Source of the DNA: Mycolicibacterium smegmatis
Lineage (GTDB): Bacteria; Actinomycetota; Actinomycetes; Mycobacteriales; Mycobacteriaceae
Reading direction: 5' to 3'
Length of the DNA: 32,000 bases
Assembly: GCF_001457595.1 (NCBI RefSeq)
Contig: NZ_LN831039.1
Coordinates: forward strand, 3,660,001-3,692,000
Below, piece after piece: positions 26,006-32,000 of the stretch (position 1 is its first letter; each line of letters begins with the position of its first letter). Below the pieces are notes generated by a model that saw nothing but the letters and a program-made list of their open reading frames with translations, was not told where the DNA came from and made no database searches. A program made the position numbers and the translations under genes.

Positions 26006-26060
26006 CGCGCACGTTCGCGGTGCCAGGTGAGGTGCCCAGACCCGCGCACGTTCGCGGTGC
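26006..26060. repeat. Two perfect 18-bp direct copies of CGCGCACGTTCGCGGTGC, period 37 bp
   Basis: Copies at 26006-26023 and 26043-26060. A degenerate inverted relative, GCGCGAGCGTGCGCG, lies near 25956-25970. Confidence 0.85.
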
Positions 26061-26063
26061 GGG

Positions 26064-28124
26064 TCAGGCGGCGGGGCCGGCGGCGGAGGCGAGTTCGGCG
26101 CGGTCGTCGGACCAGTCACGTTGGACGAGCATCCGGTGGGCGATGCGTTCGAGCGCGGCCTCGACCTGGACGCGGTCGGGGCGACCTTCGAAGGACGGGG
26201 ACTTCTCGAGCTTTTCGATGATGCGCCCGACGAGTGCGGTGGAGACCGCGTCGACCTGGCTCAGGCCGGCCTGGGTCAGCCACAGCCGATCCCCCGTGCG
26301 CAGCGCGTATCCGCCCGTGACGAGACGGTCGAAGATCGGCTCGAACACCTCGTAGGGAACGCGCAGGCGTTCGGCGATCGCGGTGAGCGTGGCCGAGCCG
26401 AACACCTGACTGTGCCGGTAGATCTGCAGCAGTGCCCACAGTCCCGCGACGTCGAGATCGCAGCCCGGGCAGCCCGCGACCGTGCGCAACCGGATCTCCG
26501 GAGAGTGGCGCATGATCCGGCTGATCGCGGTCTCCAGGACCTTCTCGGCAGGCTCGGTGCTCGGCATGCCGAATCCCTCGCCCAGGTCGACCGCTGCGGT
26601 CGGATCCAGCTCCTGCAGCGGCACCTCCTTGAGGAACAGCGACACCACGAAACCCAGCAGCGCGACCGGCGCGGCGCACAGGAACACCAACCCGAGCGAG
26701 TCGGCATATGCCTCGACGATCGGGGCGGCGATATCGGGTGGCAACTCGTGCAGCACCTTGGGCGACTCCCCCGCCGCGGGCGGTGCGCCGCTTTCGGCGA
26801 TGGCCGTGACGAGCCTGCTCGAGAGGAAGTTGGCGAACAGCGACCCGAAGATCGCGGCGCCGAACGAGCTGCCGATGGTGCGGAAGAACGTCACACCTGA
26901 GGTCGCGACGCCGAGATCGTCGAAGCGCGACGTGTTCTGCACCGTGAGGATCAGCACCTGCATGCACAGGCCGATGCCTGTGCCGAGGATGAACAGGTAC
27001 AGCGACTGCAGCACGAACGGGGTGGTGGCGTCCATGCGCGACAGCAGCAGGAAGCCCACCACCATGATCGCCGTGCCCATGACGGGAAAGATCTTGTACC
27101 GGCCGGTGCGGCCCACCAGGGCGCCGCTGCCGGTCGAGGTGATGAGCAGGCCGGCCACCATGGGCAGGGTGCGCAAACCGGACTCGGTGGCCGACACGCC
27201 GTCGACGAACTGCATGAACGTCGGCAGGAACGTGAGTGCGCCCAGCATCGCGAAACCCACGATGAACGACAGCACACAGCACACCGTGAACACCGGGCTG
27301 CGGAACAGGCGCATCGGCAGGATCGGTTCGGCCGCACGGGTTTCCGCACGGACGAACAGCACCAGCGCGATGATCGAGCCGATGAACAGGCCGATGATCA
27401 TCGGCGAGGTCCATGCGTATTCGCCGCCGCCCCAGCTGGTGGCCAGCGTGAGGCCGGATGCACCGAGACCCACGAACAGGATCCCGACGTAGTCGATCGC
27501 GGGCCTGCGGCCCGAGCGCACCAGCGCCGGGATGGCGCCTGCGGCGATGACCAGCACGAGGATGCCGACGGGAACGTTGATCCAGAACGCCCAGCGCCAG
27601 GACATGTGGTCGGTGAAGAACCCGCCGAGCAGCGGCCCGATCACGGTCGTGACGCCGAACACCGCCCCGAGCGCCCCCTGGTAGCGCCCGCGGTCGCGCA
27701 ACGGGATCACCTCACCGATCAGCGCGGTCGCGGTCACCATCATCGCGCCGCCGCCGATACCCTGCAGTGCGCGTGCGGCCACGAGCATGGTCATCGAACC
27801 CGACAGACCGCACAGCACCGACCCGGCGAGGAAGAACAGCACCGCGGCCTGGAACACCACCTTGCGGCCGAACAGATCGCCCACCTTGCCGACCACCGCG
27901 GTGACAATGGTCGAGGCCAGCAGATAGCTCGTCACCACCCAGGACTGATGACCTGCTCCCCCGAGGTCGGCGACCACGGTCGGCAGCGCGGTCGCGACGA
28001 TCGTCTGGTCGAGGGCCGCCAGCAGCATGCCGAACAGCACCGCGAGGAACACGAGGTTGCGCCGACGCGGCGTGAGCAGCAGCTCCGGCGGCTGCGGCGG
28101 GGCACTCGCTGGTGAGCTCGTCAT
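26064..28124 (-). CDS. EmrB/QacA-type MFS drug transporter (Rv1877/P55-like) with ~190-aa C-terminal cytosolic winged-helix-like domain
   Basis: LDQTIVATALPTVVADLGG, GKVGDLFGRKVVF, 14-TM pattern. The tail CPGCDLDVAGLWALLQIYRHSQVFGSATLTAIAERLRVPYEVFEPIFDRLVTGGYALRTGDRLWLTQAGLSQ is wHTH-like. Confidence 0.9.
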   Translation of the reverse strand: MTSSPASAPPQPPELLLTPRRRNLVFLAVLFGMLLAALDQTIVATALPTVVADLGGAGHQSWVVTSYLLASTIVTAVVGKVGDLFGRKVVFQAAVLFFLAGSVLCGLSGSMTMLVAARALQGIGGGAMMVTATALIGEVIPLRDRGRYQGALGAVFGVTTVIGPLLGGFFTDHMSWRWAFWINVPVGILVLVIAAGAIPALVRSGRRPAIDYVGILFVGLGASGLTLATSWGGGEYAWTSPMIIGLFIGSIIALVLFVRAETRAAEPILPMRLFRSPVFTVCCVLSFIVGFAMLGALTFLPTFMQFVDGVSATESGLRTLPMVAGLLITSTGSGALVGRTGRYKIFPVMGTAIMVVGFLLLSRMDATTPFVLQSLYLFILGTGIGLCMQVLILTVQNTSRFDDLGVATSGVTFFRTIGSSFGAAIFGSLFANFLSSRLVTAIAESGAPPAAGESPKVLHELPPDIAAPIVEAYADSLGLVFLCAAPVALLGFVVSLFLKEVPLQELDPTAAVDLGEGFGMPSTEPAEKVLETAISRIMRHSPEIRLRTVAGCPGCDLDVAGLWALLQIYRHSQVFGSATLTAIAERLRVPYEVFEPIFDRLVTGGYALRTGDRLWLTQAGLSQVDAVSTALVGRIIEKLEKSPSFEGRPDRVQVEAALERIAHRMLVQRDWSDDRAELASAAGPAA

Positions 28125-28158
28125 GACGTCCTTTCACGCATCCGGCAAACCGCCGGCT

Positions 28159-28176
28159 CGATATGGAGTCATATCG
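28159..28176. promoter_or_regulatory. Palindromic candidate operator CGATATG-GAGT-CATATCG upstream of EmrB-type MFS
   Basis: Perfect 7-bp arms, 4-nt spacer, 35 bp upstream of ATG 28124. Confidence 0.55.
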
Positions 28177-28263
28177 TTAGTTCAGCTATGGAAGTTACAG
28201 CACGCATGACACCGCCCCGGGCAACCGGCGGTCTACCGGCTACCCGAGGCGGTGATGGGCGAA

Positions 28264-28281
28264 ACCGAGCGAGTTCTCGGT
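28264..28281 (-). terminator. Possible weak hairpin terminator after bfrA: ACCGAG-AACTCG-CTCGGT (minus strand)
   Basis: 6-bp arms, 6-nt loop, abutting the bfrA stop; only a very short T stretch follows. Confidence 0.3.
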
Positions 28282-28766
28282 CAGGCGCTACCCGGAGGCC
28301 GGGAAACGCATTGCGCGGCATAGAGCGCGTCGCCGAGCTTGTCCATGAGCTGCAGTTGGGTCTCGAGGTAGTCGATGTGCGTCTCCTCGTCGGCGAGGAT
28401 CTGCTCGAGGAGCCGGGCCGACGTCGCATCCTGCTTCTCGCGGCACAGCACGATGCCGGGCTTCAGACGCTCGAGCACCTCGTACTCGATCGCCAGGTCG
28501 GCCTCGAATTGTTCACGGAGCGTCTGACCCACGCGCAGCGAAAACAAGCGCTGGTAATTCGGCAACCCGTCGAGCAGCAGAATTCGATCGGTGATCGTTT
28601 CCGCGTGCCGCATTTCTTCGAACGATTCGGCACGCGTATGTTCGGCCAGTTCGGTGAATCCCCAGTTGTCCTGCATTTTGGAATGAAGAAAATACTGGTT
28701 GATGGCCGTCAGTTCGCTCGTCAATTGCTCGTTGAGCAATTTCAGAACATCCGGGTCCCCTTGCAT
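28281..28766 (-). CDS. bfrA: Bacterioferritin BfrA
   Basis: MQGDPDVLKLLNEQLTSELTAINQYFLHSKMQDNWGFTELAEHTRAESFEEMRHAETITDRILLLDGLPN...ILADEETHIDYLETQL. Confidence 0.97.
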   Translation of the reverse strand: MQGDPDVLKLLNEQLTSELTAINQYFLHSKMQDNWGFTELAEHTRAESFEEMRHAETITDRILLLDGLPNYQRLFSLRVGQTLREQFEADLAIEYEVLERLKPGIVLCREKQDATSARLLEQILADEETHIDYLETQLQLMDKLGDALYAAQCVSRPPGSA

Positions 28767-28943
28767 GGTCACTCCTAGACACCTTGAGGGCTGATCAAGT
28801 GGTGCTGTTTTGCCGTGCACTCTCAATGTAGTGCAGAAAGCCCTTTGTGAGGCAACGCTTAACGCCGTTGTCGGCGAGTCCCGGCCGCGGTGCGCGGTCA
28901 CCGGACGGCGCGCGACTGGGCCGAGAGGGCTGTGGCCACGAAG

Positions 28944-28982
28944 GCTGGACTGCCTTGCCTAAGTAAGGTTAGACTCCGCTAA
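28944..28982. promoter_or_regulatory. Tandem IdeR/DtxR-like iron boxes between bfrA and the divergent hypothetical-bfd pair
   Basis: 28964-28982 TAAGGTTAGACTCCGCTAA matches TWAGGTTAGSCTWACCTWA at 15/19. 28944-28962 matches at about 12/19 with a strong right half, CTTGCCTAA. Confidence 0.55.
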
Positions 28983-29016
28983 CCATGACTCAGGCAGGTG
29001 TGGAAAGGCCCGGTGA

Positions 29017-29649
29017 ATGAGCGAGTACGATTTGCACTCGCTCATCCTTGCCTGCGATTTCCGCGTCGATGATGTCGACGACATGTGGAAATGGATGAAC
29101 AAACACCGCGACGGCCTCAAATCGATCGGGGCGCACCATGTGGTGCTCTACAAATCGATCTGGGAACCGGGCCGCGTCCTTGTGACCATCGGCATCCGGC
29201 AGGCACGTTCGATACGCGAATTGCTGCGATCGCCCGAAATCTTCGAATGGTTCGACAAGTCCGGCGTCCAAGACATACCTCCCATTTTCGGCGGCGAGGT
29301 GGTCGAGAAAATCGACCTCGGTGAACCGACCCCGGAAACGCACGTCGCCGGTGTCATCGTCGGCGCGGTCGCACCCGTCGACGACGTCTCCACACTCATG
29401 CGGAAAGTGCACGACGGCCTCGCGCGATTCGCCGGCAGCGGCATCCGCAAGATCTGGGTCTACCGGGCGCTCGACGACGGCAACGAGGTCATGATCCTGC
29501 AGGAGATCGAGAACGAGGTCAGCGCACGCCAGTGGATCTCGCATCCCGACGCGGCCGCGGAGTGGATGACCAACGCCGGATTCGGCCCGTACCCCAGCCT
29601 GTTCGTCGGGAAGCTGGCGCACATCATGACCGTCGAAGGGCAGGTGTAG
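29017..29649 (+). CDS. Conserved hypothetical protein, possible duplicated alpha/beta-barrel fold
   Basis: Complete 210-aa ORF with ATG, coding-like composition and two similar-length halves. Its stop is 5 nt from the bfd start. Confidence 0.75.
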   Translation: MSEYDLHSLILACDFRVDDVDDMWKWMNKHRDGLKSIGAHHVVLYKSIWEPGRVLVTIGIRQARSIRELLRSPEIFEWFDKSGVQDIPPIFGGEVVEKIDLGEPTPETHVAGVIVGAVAPVDDVSTLMRKVHDGLARFAGSGIRKIWVYRALDDGNEVMILQEIENEVSARQWISHPDAAAEWMTNAGFGPYPSLFVGKLAHIMTVEGQV

Positions 29650-29654
29650 CGGTC

Positions 29655-29864
29655 ATGTTCGTCTGCCTGTGCACCGGCACCACCAGCCACGTGGTCAACG
29701 AGATCGTGGCGGGCGGCGCGACCACCTCGAAGGAGGTGGCCGAGGCGTGTGGGGCCGGCGGTGACTGCGGCCGCTGCAGGCGCACCATCCGCGCGATCAT
29801 CTCCGCGCATCTGGGCGGCCACACGGCACACCACAACGGCTGCCCGACGCGCGCGAGCGGTTAG
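29655..29864 (+). CDS. bfd: Bacterioferritin-associated ferredoxin (Bfd-like, [2Fe-2S])
   Basis: MFVCLCTGTTSHVVNEIVAGGATTSKEVAEACGAGGDCGRCRRTIRAII has the C-X-C ... C-X2-C pattern of Bfd. Confidence 0.9.
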   Translation: MFVCLCTGTTSHVVNEIVAGGATTSKEVAEACGAGGDCGRCRRTIRAIISAHLGGHTAHHNGCPTRASG

Positions 29865-30628
29865 CTGCCTGCCGCACCCTTGCGGCCGGTGAACGCCGCG
29901 AGCGCCTCAGCGTTGGCCGCGGCGCCCACGAGCTCGACGAACAACTCGCTCTCGCGGCGGGTGGCCGCCGCGATGGCCTCACGCACCGGGGCGACCATTG
30001 TCTTCTTGACCGCCTGCAGGCTGGTAACCGGTTTGGCGGCAAGGATTTCGGCGTGCCTGCGGGCCTCGGTGAGCAGATCGCCCGGTGTGCAGACCTTGAA
30101 CACCAGGCCCATCTCCTTGGCCTCCGCGGCGCTGATCCACTCCGAGGACATCAGCAGCCAGGCCGCGTTCTGCCTGCCGATCAGGCGCGGCATGAGATAG
30201 GACGACGCCGCCTCCGGCGCCACCCCCAGGCTGGTGAACGGGCATTTGAGCCGCGCGGTGTCGGCCATGAACACCAGGTCGGCGAAACCGAGGATCGTCG
30301 CGCCGATCCCCACGCCCACGCCGTTGACCGCACACAGCAACGGCTTGGGGAAATCGGCGAGCGCCTCGATCATGCCGTAGAACCCGTGCTCCCCCGGTGT
30401 GAAATCCGGGTTGGCGATCCGTGTCTGCATCTCGACCAGGTCGTTGCCCGACGAGAATGCCCGTCCGGCGCCGGTGAGCAGGACCACCGAGACCTCCGGA
30501 TCCCCGCCCGCGGCCAGCAGGGCGTCGGTCACCTCGTCGTAGAGCGCTTCGTTGAACGCATTGAGCGCGTCGGGACGGTTGAGGGTGAGCGTGCGAACCC
30601 GGTTGCTGTCGTCGATCTGCAGGTTCAA
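29861..30628 (-). CDS. Enoyl-CoA hydratase/isomerase family protein
   Basis: VRTLTLNRPDALNAFNEALYDEV...GAGRAFSSGNDLVEM...KPLLCAVNGVGVGIGATILGFADLVFMADTARLKCPF. TTG start with GAGGAG RBS. Confidence 0.92.
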   Translation of the reverse strand: MNLQIDDSNRVRTLTLNRPDALNAFNEALYDEVTDALLAAGGDPEVSVVLLTGAGRAFSSGNDLVEMQTRIANPDFTPGEHGFYGMIEALADFPKPLLCAVNGVGVGIGATILGFADLVFMADTARLKCPFTSLGVAPEAASSYLMPRLIGRQNAAWLLMSSEWISAAEAKEMGLVFKVCTPGDLLTEARRHAEILAAKPVTSLQAVKKTMVAPVREAIAAATRRESELFVELVGAAANAEALAAFTGRKGAAGS

Positions 30629-30687
30629 CGTTTCTCCTCGGGTGGGCTCGTCGACGGCTGAAGAATCGGTGCCTGTGAAGCAGCAGC

Positions 30688-31431
30688 CTAACTAGAACAC
30701 GTTTCACTCGCGGCGGCGGGTGCGGAGAACGGCGAGCGCCAGACATAGCGACTCGTCGGCACCGTGTCGATGTTGCTGCTCGCGCCGAACGCGTCGGTGC
30801 TCGCCACCATGGCCTGCATGCGCCGGGACAGGTCCTCGTCGTCGGCCGCGCCGAAGAACGCGTGCAGATCCGCCACGGCCTGCGGTGGGAACAACTCCTC
30901 GACGATCCCGTCGATCGCCGGTGCGTCCGCGGTGAGCGCGCGCACCACGGTGTTCTGGACATAGCCGAACGTGGCCTGGGTTTCGATGGCCACCGGGGTG
31001 TGGTCGACGTGCCAGCGGTGCAGCCAGGTCGCGGCGTCGAGGTCGGGGGGCCTGCGCAGCAGCGCGATGTTGGCCAACGCGTCGGTACGGCGCCCCGGCG
31101 TCAGGCCCGCCCGGAGGTCCGGTGGCGGCAGCGGCTCCGATTCGGTCACCAGATACGCTGCGGCCGAGTCGCATTCGGCACCGAGGAGGTCAAGCGCGGC
31201 ACGCAGCTGTTCTCCGTGATACTGCTGCACCCATACGCTGGCGAGTGCCACGACCGGAGGATCGAGCGTCGTCAGGGTCATCAGCGAATCGCGCACCGGT
31301 GCGTCACGGATGTTGAGAACCAAGCCGGGAAGCCCGATTTCGAGCAGTTCGGCGCTGACGTCTTGGACCATCCGCGCACACCAGGCGTCGTCAGCGCGCG
31401 CGGACCGCATTGTCACGATGACCTTTTCCAC
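30688..31431 (-). CDS. EthD-domain-like conserved hypothetical protein
   Basis: Complete ORF from GTG 31431. LHRWHVDHTPVAIETQATFGYVQNTVVRAL resembles EthD/dimeric alpha-beta-barrel proteins. Confidence 0.6.
   Translation of the reverse strand: MEKVIVTMRSARADDAWCARMVQDVSAELLEIGLPGLVLNIRDAPVRDSLMTLTTLDPPVVALASVWVQQYHGEQLRAALDLLGAECDSAAAYLVTESEPLPPPDLRAGLTPGRRTDALANIALLRRPPDLDAATWLHRWHVDHTPVAIETQATFGYVQNTVVRALTADAPAIDGIVEELFPPQAVADLHAFFGAADDEDLSRRMQAMVASTDAFGASSNIDTVPTSRYVWRSPFSAPAAASETCSS
30693..30706. promoter_or_regulatory. KstR-like box TAGAACACGTTTCA upstream of the enoyl-CoA hydratase
   Basis: Matches TnnAACnnGTTnnA, 65 bp before the hydratase start. Confidence 0.5.
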
Positions 31432-31506
31432 GCTGCGAACCTAGCCCACCGCGCCGCGTGAGCGCCGATGCCCCACTTCCGGTCGCGCTCAGGCGAGAAT
31501 GGTCAC

Positions 31507-32000
31507 GTGCAGACGGGCGGACCAGCAGCCGACGCTTTGCGGTTGAGCACGCCAGACCCCGGTGCGGTGGCGCGCAGCCTCGTCGGTGCCCTGGCGATGA
31601 CCGCGGCGGCCCTGGCGCTGGCATCCCCGCCCGCAGCGATGTGGACGCTGGGCGCCGGGGTGATCGCAGGTGCGGTCGCGCTGCAGCGCAGCCCCGGCGG
31701 TCGAGTACCGCTGGTGGTGACGGCGTCGCTGGAGATGGCCATCGTCGTGGCGCTCGCGGTACTGACCGGATCGCACGACGTCGTGTTCGTACTCGCGGTG
31801 GCCGCATGGTGTTTCGCGGCGGGCATGCAGTGGTCAGTCGGGGCGAACGCCGGGTTGATCGCCTCGGCGGCGAGTTCGTTGCTGGTGATCGCACCTCCCG
31901 ACGGGCACGCGACGGCGCCGACCGCTTTCGACGGGCTGCTGGCACCGTTGCTGGTCTTCGGTGCGGGCGTGCTGCAGGCCGTGCTGATCGCGACCCTGCC
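31507..32000 (+). CDS. FUSC-family-like integral membrane protein, 5' part (runs off window)
   Basis: Open frame from GTG 31507: VQTGGPAADALRLSTPDPGAVARSLVGALAMTAAALALASPPAAMWTLGAGVIAGAVALQRSPGGRVPLVVTASLEMAIVVALAVLTG... It is absent from the ORF track because no stop falls in the window. Confidence 0.65.
   Translation, partial: MQTGGPAADALRLSTPDPGAVARSLVGALAMTAAALALASPPAAMWTLGAGVIAGAVALQRSPGGRVPLVVTASLEMAIVVALAVLTGSHDVVFVLAVAAWCFAAGMQWSVGANAGLIASAASSLLVIAPPDGHATAPTAFDGLLAPLLVFGAGVLQAVLIATL

Noticed and set aside
28990-29622. 210-aa minus-strand ORF almost exactly mirroring the 29017..29649 + ORF
   Set aside because: The + ORF has better hydrophobic periodicity, ATG context and bfd coupling. 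The mirror has shadow-ORF composition.
1-32000. CRISPR arrays, transposases, toxin-antitoxin pairs, phage genes, tRNA/rRNA
   Set aside because: None seen. The longest exact repeat I noticed is the 18-bp pair at 26006/26043, and no ORF carries integrase, transposase, Cas or toxin motifs.

Overview
GC-rich actinobacterial chromosome segment, almost certainly from a fast-growing Mycobacterium (Mycolicibacterium smegmatis-like). This rests on recognisable Mpt53/CcdA, BfrA, GlnA3 and Rv1877-type MFS proteins. I found no mobile element, CRISPR array, tRNA or rRNA. Left to right: the 3' end of an agmatinase-type ureohydrolase; an MFS symporter gene split by one in-frame TAA; a mycolic-acid-methyltransferase-family gene; a tiny acidic ORF plus a GerW/YtfJ-like ORF; ccdA-like and mpt53; an LLM oxidoreductase; a secreted Gly-Pro-rich/Trp-rich protein; a membrane glycosyltransferase; an ectoine/polar-amino-acid-type ABC importer (SBP, 2 permeases, ATPase) followed by a cytochrome P450; a PucR-like regulator divergent from a dihydropyrimidinase/hydantoinase - LLM oxidoreductase - nitrilase/beta-ureidopropionase - NCS1 permease operon; an APC permease; a Tat/lipoprotein dienelactone hydrolase; SDR; VOC; glnA3; an AhpD/CMD-like protein; an EmrB-type MFS with a C-terminal winged-helix-like domain; bfrA divergent from a conserved hypothetical plus bfd; enoyl-CoA hydratase; EthD-like; and a partial FUSC-like protein. 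The most interesting candidates are the F420/FMN LLM oxidoreductase embedded in the hydantoin/pyrimidine-type ring-opening operon with its symmetric divergent operator region, the importer-P450 unit beside it, the IdeR-like tandem site between bfrA and the hypothetical-bfd pair, two KstR-like boxes, the hairpin abutting the mpt53 Shine-Dalgarno, and the nonsense-split MFS gene. Functional statements about systems are inference; no database search was run.
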